A stretch of DNA of 62,779 nucleotides from an uncultured Gammaproteobacteria bacterium (GTDB taxonomy: Bacteria; Patescibacteriota; Microgenomatia; Levybacterales; UBA12049). Below, one piece after another: positions 37,336-44,890 of this stretch. Every line of letters starts with the position of its first letter. Within the stretch, counting starts at the first letter, position 1. The notes beneath the pieces are model-generated. The model was given only the letters and a program-made list of their open reading frames with translations. It did no database searches and had not been told where the DNA came from. The stretch is from assembly GCA_964540055.1 (NCBI GenBank), contig CAZILC010000008.1, forward strand, positions 1 through 62,779. Direction: 5' to 3'. A program made the position numbers and the translations under genes.

Positions 37336-38049
37336 ATGACATTAGAACATGGAATAGAAAAAAGAGGTTTGTTACTATCACCTGCTCGTTTACTTGAAGG
37401 TTTTGGTACAAATCTTTCAAGAACAAAATCCGCTTCTGATCCTACAGTTGTACGTGTTGCTCATGCTGTATTTCATCATATACATGCAATAGAAAATTCT
37501 CATTGGAAAAGAGATACTATATTCCCATCAGTTTTCAGAGCCACACAACCGAATTTTACCAATATTGTACTCATGCCTGGAGCACGAATAAGTGATGTTA
37601 CAGTAAAAATGCCTGATGTACGTGCGTTTGCAGATCCATTGCGTTATGTCAGATTGACAGTTGCTCCTGATGAACCTGCTGTCCTTCAGTTCTCTTTTCA
37701 TGGTACACATCCAGTGATGACTGAAATACCACATCATCCTATCCTTGTTGCGAGTCTTATGGATAAATTCGCTGCTCAAACAGAGCAATACAGCAAACAT
37801 GGGAGCGCTTTTGAAAAAGATCGGGCAAGGAGAGATTCACTAAATGAGGATTTTATAACCGGACCTGTCGAGCAATATCTCGAAGCTAGGTATAAGTCCG
37901 GTGAAATGCATAATGGAGATTATCTAAATTTTTTTCGAGGAGTAAGGAATTTACGAATCAAATATAATGAAGGTTATTTTATCTCACAAGTAAACAAAAA
38001 TAGTCTTAGAGACGTTTTACTTGAAGGACTTGCATGTGTTAGACCTTAA
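37336..38049 (+). CDS. hypothetical soluble protein (237 aa), no recognisable domain
   Basis: Clean ORF with no TM segment and no motif I can name. Confidence 0.5.
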   Translation: MTLEHGIEKRGLLLSPARLLEGFGTNLSRTKSASDPTVVRVAHAVFHHIHAIENSHWKRDTIFPSVFRATQPNFTNIVLMPGARISDVTVKMPDVRAFADPLRYVRLTVAPDEPAVLQFSFHGTHPVMTEIPHHPILVASLMDKFAAQTEQYSKHGSAFEKDRARRDSLNEDFITGPVEQYLEARYKSGEMHNGDYLNFFRGVRNLRIKYNEGYFISQVNKNSLRDVLLEGLACVRP

Positions 38050-38113
38050 ATTTTATAGTTGAGAACTCGTCTCATTGTAATTTCCAACCCATCAACTTAT
38101 ACTAATAATATAA

Positions 38114-38132
38114 CCGCAAGCATTGTGGTTTT
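38114..38132 (+). terminator. small 3-nt-loop hairpin plus TTTT, similar in form to 28114-28132
   Basis: CCGCAA-GCA-TTGTGG (one G-U pair) followed by TTTT, 6 nt before the ATG at 38139. Confidence 0.25.
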
Positions 38133-38138
38133 ATTGCT

Positions 38139-38465
38139 ATGAATTATGTGACTCTGCCTGTCATGCTACTTAAGTTCTGGTTCGTTGAAAGTCCGGTTGC
38201 ACTCTTTAAATTTTTTGCCTCGTTTAATTCCGCATTTTTTGAACTTTTTTCCTTGCCATTAATGTTTCGGACCTATTTTCAGCCACTAAAAAATGAATAC
38301 CGGCAGGGTTTGGTGGGTTTTTCTCGAGCAATTGGGATTTTTATCAAAACGATTTTTATATTTGTTGATCTTTTGATGTTTGCTGTTATTTTAGGTTTGG
38401 AAATTGCGATTTTTGTGTCTTTTGTGATGTTCCCGATAGCGACAGTTGCATTGCTGTTTTATTAA
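38139..38465 (+). CDS. small integral membrane protein (3 TM)
   Basis: Hydrophobic 108-aa ORF. Its stop lies 1 nt before the ATG of the next gene, which suggests translational coupling. Confidence 0.5.
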   Translation: MNYVTLPVMLLKFWFVESPVALFKFFASFNSAFFELFSLPLMFRTYFQPLKNEYRQGLVGFSRAIGIFIKTIFIFVDLLMFAVILGLEIAIFVSFVMFPIATVALLFY

Positions 38466-38466
38466 T

Positions 38467-40875
38467 ATGTTTTTGTACGTTCGATTTTATCAGTTTTATA
38501 GATCTGCTCTGATTCGTAGCATCAGGGCTATGGCTTTTATGCTGCTTTTTGCGCTTATTATCTATCTCATTTTGCATAATGAGTCACCCAAATTTGCGGT
38601 TTTTCTATTCAATCTCGTTGTCATGCTTGAAGTATTCTTTCATTACAAAATAAGCCGCGCTGTGCCCACGATTGAAGTTGCAAAAAATAAAAAAGAAACC
38701 ATGAATGATTCTTTCACGATGCAAGCACTATATGGCTTTGTTACGCAGCCTACCACGGAAGGAGTCATCAAAGAGTTAATTAAATATCCCCAAGTTAAAT
38801 TGGTGATGGAAAAAGCGAATATCACGCATAAAGAACTGGTGTTTAACAACATTGAGAAAGATGTGCTGGCAGAAAGCGCATTTGAGACAGCGCAGACTTT
38901 CAAGGGCAAATTTGTGACAACGCTTGATGTTTTTATCGCTTATCTGTTCCTCATTGAAAAAGATACCAAACTCTTTTTTGCCAAACAACTCAAGACAGCC
39001 GATATTGCAAATATCGTCCATTGGGTTCGCGTTACTATGCCAGAGGAGGAAAATCCCAAGAAATGGCTGATTCATTTTTATGGTGAAGGAATTGGTGAGG
39101 GGTTAGTTTCGGGTTGGACCTATGAAACTAAGAAGTATACCTCGCAGTTTACAAGTTATGCGATTCGGGAGGAGCCGTTGATCGGGGGGCGGGAGAAGGA
39201 ATTTGGAATGATGCTTGAAGCCCTCACCAAAGTCGAGAATAATAATGTACTTTTGATTGGTGACATCGGTTCTGGTAAAGAGACGCTTGTGAAAGCTCTC
39301 GCGTATCACAGTTTCGGGGGAAACTTAGGAGGCTGGCTGAATTACAAACGAGTGTTGCAACTTCTGGTCGGGGCTTTGACAGCTGGTGCGACCAATCGTG
39401 GTGACCTGGAATCCCGTTTACAAAATATCATTGCTGAATTATCTCATGCGCAGGATGTTTTTCTGTATATCCCGGATTTTCAAAATATTCTCGGAGCATC
39501 TGCGTATGGGTTGGATCTATCAGGTGCGATATTACCGTATCTTAAAGATGGAAATATGCCGATCATTGCGACCATGTCTACAGGCAATTTCAAAGCGTAT
39601 ATGGAGAAAAATCCGATAAAAGAAGTCTTTTCAATTATCTCACTTGCTGAACCTGAGCAGGATAATGCAATTCAGATGGTACTCGGGGAAGCTGAGAAAA
39701 TTGAGAAAAAATATGCTGTAATTCTTAGTTATCGGGCAATAATTAGCGCGGTAGAGCTTTCGGAACGGTTTTATCAGGATGAAGTCCTGCCGGGAAGTGC
39801 GGTTGCCCTTTTGGAAGATGTTGCCAATACTGTCGATAAAATGCCTGATCGAAAAACCTATGAGCGCACGCATCACAAGATGGTACTTGAAGAAGATGTG
39901 GTGAAAAAAGTTGAACAGACAAGCCATGTGGCAATTGCGTTGCCGACTGGCGATGAGATTCAGGTTTTGTTACATCTGGAAGAAAAATTGCACGAAAAAG
40001 TGATTGCACAAGATGATGCAATCAAAGCCGTTAGTGAGGCAATGCGCCGACTTCGTTCCGGCATGTCAACAAGTGAACGCCCGATTTCCTTTCTCTTCCT
40101 TGGCCCAACTGGTGTCGGAAAAACAGAAACAGCCAAATCCCTCGCTGATTTTTATTATGGCGGTGAGAAGAATATGATCCGTCTTGATATGAGTGAATAT
40201 ACGGATGAAAACGGCCTTAAACGTTTGCTCGGAGCGCCTCCTGGAGAAGGCAATGAGCGGGGAGAACTCACAGATAAAATTCATGATAATCCGGCGGCGC
40301 TCATTTTGCTTGACGAGTTTGAAAAGGCTAATCCAAAGATTCACAATCTTTTCCTTCAGGTTTTTGATGATGGGAGATTGACTGACAACAAAGGCAATAC
40401 GGTCAGTTTCCGAAACGCAATTATCATCGCAACTTCCAATGCTGGATCTGAATTTATCCGCGAGCAGATAGATAAGGGTGTGAAAATTGATAACAAATTT
40501 GAGCACGCTTTGATGGATCAACTGCAATCAAAAGGCATTTTTAAGCCGGAGCTTCTCAACAGGTTTGACGATGTGGTAATTTTCAAGCCACTCGGTCAGG
40601 AGCAAGTAACCCAAGTGGTGAAGCTGATGCTTGAGAGTTTGAAAAAGGATCTTGAGAAGCAGGATATCAAAGTATACTTTGATGATGCCGTAATTGCAAA
40701 AATCGCCCAAGAAGGCTTCGACAAAGACTTCGGCGCCCGCCCACTTCGCCGCTACATCCAGGATACGATTGAGGACATCATCGCCCAAAAGAAACTCACC
40801 AAAGAAATCGATAGGGGCAAGACTGTCACGTTTTCATTAGATGGAACAGGGGCATTGCGGACGGGGATAGTTTGA
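38467..40875 (+). CDS. membrane-anchored Clp/Hsp100-like protein with degenerate NBD1 and no pore-loop tyrosines
   Basis: Two N-terminal TM helices. NBD1 Walker A reads GDIGSGKE (39259-39282) and Walker B reads YIPDF (D-F at 39475-39480). NBD2 is intact ([17 protein letters not shown]), but the pore loop reads GAPPGEGNERG instead of [12 protein letters not shown]. Confidence 0.8.
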   Translation: MFLYVRFYQFYRSALIRSIRAMAFMLLFALIIYLILHNESPKFAVFLFNLVVMLEVFFHYKISRAVPTIEVAKNKKETMNDSFTMQALYGFVTQPTTEGVIKELIKYPQVKLVMEKANITHKELVFNNIEKDVLAESAFETAQTFKGKFVTTLDVFIAYLFLIEKDTKLFFAKQLKTADIANIVHWVRVTMPEEENPKKWLIHFYGEGIGEGLVSGWTYETKKYTSQFTSYAIREEPLIGGREKEFGMMLEALTKVENNNVLLIGDIGSGKETLVKALAYHSFGGNLGGWLNYKRVLQLLVGALTAGATNRGDLESRLQNIIAELSHAQDVFLYIPDFQNILGASAYGLDLSGAILPYLKDGNMPIIATMSTGNFKAYMEKNPIKEVFSIISLAEPEQDNAIQMVLGEAEKIEKKYAVILSYRAIISAVELSERFYQDEVLPGSAVALLEDVANTVDKMPDRKTYERTHHKMVLEEDVVKKVEQTSHVAIALPTGDEIQVLLHLEEKLHEKVIAQDDAIKAVSEAMRRLRSGMSTSERPISFLFLGPTGVGKTETAKSLADFYYGGEKNMIRLDMSEYTDENGLKRLLGAPPGEGNERGELTDKIHDNPAALILLDEFEKANPKIHNLFLQVFDDGRLTDNKGNTVSFRNAIIIATSNAGSEFIREQIDKGVKIDNKFEHALMDQLQSKGIFKPELLNRFDDVVIFKPLGQEQVTQVVKLMLESLKKDLEKQDIKVYFDDAVIAKIAQEGFDKDFGARPLRRYIQDTIEDIIAQKKLTKEIDRGKTVTFSLDGTGALRTGIV

Positions 40876-40906
40876 CATTAAATCAAGACAGGCATAAAAT
40901 GTCGCT

Positions 40907-41800
40907 ATGGTAAACTCTTCTAAAACCAGGCTGCTGAATCTATATGTTGATGAATCTGGTACATTTTCTTTAACAGAAGCACGATATAGGTATTTCATTT
41001 TGGCAGGAGTAATTCTCTCAAAAAGCCAACATGAATTATTGAATTTACTTTTAAGCAAGTGGAGAACCAAATACCTGAGCAATTCAGATCTTGCTTTCCA
41101 TACTACTGATTTCTTTGAAGATTTTGAGAAAGATTATAAGAGACCACATTTAAAAATAGAAAAACATTTTAAAATTGCTGTAGAGGAACTTATAGATTTA
41201 ATAAAAATGGTAGATTTTAAGGCGAGTGTTTATTATGTAGATCTTCCTAAATTGAGAAATAAACTATCAGTTTCAGAGCCTCCCACGTATCAAAGTAAAT
41301 TTGATAGTCAACAAGAGAAAAAAAATTACAAAAAATCGACTAAAGATTATAAGATAATGCTGGAAAATAATAGAATCGATCACTTATTGCCTTTGGCTAT
41401 CACCCAATTTGCTCTTTTTAAATGGCATGCAGAAGAATTAATTGAAGCTGAAAAAGGAAATACAAGAAATACTAAGGAATATATAAATTTTGAATCATTA
41501 AGTGGCAGTGATGTAGAATCAGTTAAAAACTATCATAGGCTAAAAAACAAAATAAATAAATATAATGAAAAAATTATTGGTCTTAACTTCCATACTAAAA
41601 ATTCAATTGATGGTGGACTTGAACTGGCAGATATTATTTCTTATATTAGCTGTCAAACTTTAAGACTCAAATATTGCAAAACTGAATTAGGTAAGTTAGC
41701 ACAAAATGAGCATTTAAAAGAAGAAATTAGAAAATTAAGAAAGGAAATGAGAGACCGATTCCAAATCAAAATTACGGATGTTACTGATGAGGATATATAG
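40907..41800 (+). CDS. DUF3800-family protein
   Basis: The N-terminal LNLYVDESGTFS...YFILAGVIL is the hallmark DUF3800 start as I recall it. Confidence 0.55.
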   Translation: MVNSSKTRLLNLYVDESGTFSLTEARYRYFILAGVILSKSQHELLNLLLSKWRTKYLSNSDLAFHTTDFFEDFEKDYKRPHLKIEKHFKIAVEELIDLIKMVDFKASVYYVDLPKLRNKLSVSEPPTYQSKFDSQQEKKNYKKSTKDYKIMLENNRIDHLLPLAITQFALFKWHAEELIEAEKGNTRNTKEYINFESLSGSDVESVKNYHRLKNKINKYNEKIIGLNFHTKNSIDGGLELADIISYISCQTLRLKYCKTELGKLAQNEHLKEEIRKLRKEMRDRFQIKITDVTDEDI

Positions 41801-41804
41801 ATAC

Positions 41805-41835
41805 AAAAAAAGCTAGTGAACTCCTAGCTTTCTTT
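41805..41835. terminator. bidirectional-type rho-independent terminator
   Basis: AAAGCTAG (41809-41816) pairs with CTAGCTTT (41824-41831), flanked by an A-run and a T-rich tract. Confidence 0.6.
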
Positions 41836-41897
41836 GGAGAAGTGCTCAGCATCCTTACGGACACGGAATCACCTCCAAGCGCAGCATACTATATTAC

Positions 41898-41922
41898 TTG
41901 ACATATGTCAATATATTGTCAA
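41898..41922. promoter_or_regulatory. perfect 14-bp palindrome TTGACATATGTCAA plus an adjacent TTGTCAA half-site
   Basis: Read directly: the palindrome is at 41898-41911 and the extra TTGTCAA at 41916-41922. Confidence 0.35.
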
Positions 41923-41952
41923 TTGTAGTCTACAAGTTTTTTACTTCTCTGG

Positions 41953-41981
41953 TTGAAGCAAAAGGCCTGATCTGGTATACT
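41953..41981 (+). promoter_or_regulatory. putative nusA promoter (TTGAAG - 17 nt - TATACT)
   Basis: The -10 ends 9 nt before the ATG at 41991, and no SD is present. Confidence 0.45.
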
Positions 41982-41990
41982 TAGCCTAAT

Positions 41991-43316
41991 ATGCCAGCGA
42001 TACAACGCAGTGAATTTGCATTAGCTTTAAATCAGGTCGCCTCCGAGCGGGGAGTTGATGTATCTGTCGTGCTTGATACAGTTCAGAACGCGATTCTTGC
42101 AGCATACCGTAAGGATCATCCCGGTGCAGAGGTTGAAAATTATCGAGCACAGCTTGATCCAAATACCGGGGAAGCTAAGATTTTTGAAGGTGAGAAAGAT
42201 GTCACACCTCCAGGATTTGGCCGTATTGCCGCTCAAACCGCAAAGCAGGTAATCCTTCAGAAGATCCGTGAGAAAGAAAAAGAAGCGATTTTTAGTGATT
42301 ATCGTGACAAAGTCGGTGGGATTGTAAATGGCATGGTACTTCGTTTTGCAGGGCCAAATGTTATTGTCGACCTTGGAAAAGCTGAGGCTATAATGCCTGT
42401 TTCAGAGCAAATCCCCAATGAAAAATATCATCTCAACCAGCGATTGGTTTTTTATCTTTCAGATATTCGTGAAGGTGCAAAGGGTGAGGAAATTGTCGTA
42501 TCTCGTGCGCATATCGGGCTTTTGCAAGGTCTATTTAAGCGTGAAGTTCCGGAAGTTGCTCAAGGAAGTGTTGAGATCAAAGCTGTCGTTCGTGAACCGG
42601 GAAATCGAGCAAAAATTGCTGTTTTTTCAGCACAACCAGGTATTGATCCTGTCGGATCATGCGTCGGACAAAAGGGAGTTCGTGTCCAGGCTATCATCCA
42701 GGAACTCGGAGGACTTGAGAAAATTGATATTATCCAATGGTCAGATGATACGAAGACCTATATCGCGCAAGCTCTTTCTCCAGCAAAAAATGTCCGGGTA
42801 GAGCTTGATGAAAAAGAGAAAATCGCGCATGTCTTTGTTCCTCAGGATGAATTATCACTTGCAATCGGTAAAGACGGTCAGAATGTACGATTGGCTTATA
42901 AGTTGACGCAATATCGTATTGAAATTGAGGGAGAAGGCGGCCCAGCAAAACCTGATGAAACCGCAGCTGAGAAAAAAGAAGATGAAGAAGTCGCAGAAGT
43001 TGAAAATGCTGAAGCCAAAGCAGAGGAAGAAATTGCAGAAGAAGTTGCCGATGATGATGCCAAACCGGTAGTTTCGGCAGCAAAACCAGATGAAGATGTC
43101 CCTGCTACTACGCAAGCAAGTGAAGAAAGTACATCTGAAGCACCAGCTGCTGATGATGCGCAAATGGCAGAGGCGCCAGTTGACCCAGAGGCTGCACCAG
43201 CTGAACCGACAGAAGAAGAAGTCGCATCAACTCCACATGAAGAAATCGCAGAATCAACAGATGCTGAAGCACCAACTGAGACCTCAAAAGCTGACGAAGA
43301 AAAAACAGCTGCTTAA
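41991..43316 (+). CDS. nusA: transcription termination/antitermination factor NusA with an acidic Ala/Glu-rich tail
   Basis: N-terminal domain, S1 and two KH domains (DPVGSCVGQKGVRVQAI, LAIGKDGQNVRLA), followed by a ~110-aa A/E/D-rich tail. Confidence 0.9.
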   Translation: MPAIQRSEFALALNQVASERGVDVSVVLDTVQNAILAAYRKDHPGAEVENYRAQLDPNTGEAKIFEGEKDVTPPGFGRIAAQTAKQVILQKIREKEKEAIFSDYRDKVGGIVNGMVLRFAGPNVIVDLGKAEAIMPVSEQIPNEKYHLNQRLVFYLSDIREGAKGEEIVVSRAHIGLLQGLFKREVPEVAQGSVEIKAVVREPGNRAKIAVFSAQPGIDPVGSCVGQKGVRVQAIIQELGGLEKIDIIQWSDDTKTYIAQALSPAKNVRVELDEKEKIAHVFVPQDELSLAIGKDGQNVRLAYKLTQYRIEIEGEGGPAKPDETAAEKKEDEEVAEVENAEAKAEEEIAEEVADDDAKPVVSAAKPDEDVPATTQASEESTSEAPAADDAQMAEAPVDPEAAPAEPTEEEVASTPHEEIAESTDAEAPTETSKADEEKTAA

Positions 43317-43397
43317 TTTTCAATTTACAAATTACTATATAATGAATCACTGTTTCAGTTTGAAAATTGAAAATTTCAGAGAAATGAGTTTAGCATT

Positions 43398-44855
43398 ATG
43401 TCCAAACACAACGAATCACACACACCAGCCAACTCTTACCCTCCAGTCGTAGCCGTTCTCGGGCATGTTGATCATGGGAAGACGACACTTCTTGATGCAA
43501 TTCGTAAAAGTTCTATTGCAGATCGCGAAAAGGGCGGAATTACCCAGAAAATCGGTGCCTCCGCAGTTGAAATCATGCATGAAGGGAAAGAACGATGGAT
43601 TACGTTTATTGATACTCCCGGGCATGAGGCATTTACCCAAATGCGTTCCCGTGGAGCACAGGCTGCGGATATTTGTTTATTAATAGTATCAGCGGTTGAC
43701 GGAGTAAAACCACAAACAAAAGAAAGTATCGAGGTATTAAAAAAAGCAAAGCTTCCTTATATTGTCGTTTTGACCAAAGCGGATTTACCTACCAAGAACT
43801 CGGAAAAAGCCAAACAGGAACTTCTGGCTGAACAAATTCCCCTCGAAGGGTATGGCGGCGATGTGCCCGTGATGGAAGTTTCGGCAAAGACAAATCTTAA
43901 TATCAAAGAACTTTTGGATTTGATTCTTTTAATGTTTGATTTGCATCCATCAAGTGCAACTGGGAGTGCACCACTTGAGGCTGTTGTTATTGAATCCAAG
44001 CTTGATACTCGGGCTGGCGCTCGTGCGACTGCTGTTATCAAAAAAGGAACGCTTAAGGTCCGGGAAGATGTACATGTGGACGGGAAAATTTTCAAAGTCA
44101 GATCTCTTTTTAACACTGCTGGTAAACCAATTCAGGAGGCAACTGTTGGAGAAGCTGTAGAAGTGTTGGGTTTTACTGAGGTACCCTCTGTTGGAAGTAT
44201 CATTAAAGACAAATCTGCAGAGCTAACAGAGGCACATAGTGAGCAAAAACCACTTACCCGTGAGATGAATTATCAAAGAGAAGAGGAACATAAAGGTATT
44301 TCTGTTGTACTTATTGCAGATACGAAAGGCTCACTTGAAGCGATTATGCATGCATTGCCGGAAGGGATTAAATTAGTATCGCAAAAAACCGGAGAAGTAA
44401 ATGAAGCCGATATTCTTATGGCCAAGTCAACGGGAGGGATAGTTTTGAGTTTTAATACAAAATTAAAACCGGATGTCATGTCGTTTGCGTATACTGAAAA
44501 AGTGTTACTTCGAAATTATGAAATTATTTATGAACTTCTGGATGAGATAAAAGATGCGTTGGAAGGCAAACTTCAGTCGCAAATGGAACAGATTTTCGGC
44601 AGCGCGAAAGTACAAGCCAAGTTCCCGTTTGAAAAAACATTTGCTTTTGGCATAGCAGTCTTAGATGGAAGAATCGCGCGCGGGGATCGAATCCGGATTA
44701 TTCGGGAAGATGAAATAATAGGCGAAACAACTATTCATTCACTTCGTGTCGGCAAAAATCCGACGTCAAAAGTTGAAAAAGGTAACGAAGCCGGGATCGT
44801 TTTAAATGGAGGACTTGACATTCAAGTGGGAGATGTGATATTATCCCATAGTTAA
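43398..44855 (+). CDS. infB: translation initiation factor IF-2 (minimal form)
   Basis: The G domain starts at residue ~15 ([24 protein letters not shown]). There is no N-terminal region. Confidence 0.9.
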   Translation: MSKHNESHTPANSYPPVVAVLGHVDHGKTTLLDAIRKSSIADREKGGITQKIGASAVEIMHEGKERWITFIDTPGHEAFTQMRSRGAQAADICLLIVSAVDGVKPQTKESIEVLKKAKLPYIVVLTKADLPTKNSEKAKQELLAEQIPLEGYGGDVPVMEVSAKTNLNIKELLDLILLMFDLHPSSATGSAPLEAVVIESKLDTRAGARATAVIKKGTLKVREDVHVDGKIFKVRSLFNTAGKPIQEATVGEAVEVLGFTEVPSVGSIIKDKSAELTEAHSEQKPLTREMNYQREEEHKGISVVLIADTKGSLEAIMHALPEGIKLVSQKTGEVNEADILMAKSTGGIVLSFNTKLKPDVMSFAYTEKVLLRNYEIIYELLDEIKDALEGKLQSQMEQIFGSAKVQAKFPFEKTFAFGIAVLDGRIARGDRIRIIREDEIIGETTIHSLRVGKNPTSKVEKGNEAGIVLNGGLDIQVGDVILSHS

Positions 44856-44890
44856 TACTGCAAAGCTAAACTTTTGCGTTATAGAACACT

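Noticed and set aside
37127-41800. Mobile element, prophage remnant or defence island
   Set aside because: No integrase, transposase, flanking tRNA or direct repeats are visible. I could see no compositional change by eye (not computed). The genes are co-directional and tightly packed with the Clp locus.
41833-41897. Possible small RNA between the DUF3800 terminator and the nusA-upstream palindrome
   Set aside because: I could find no promoter, stable structure or terminator of its own. It is most likely just spacer.
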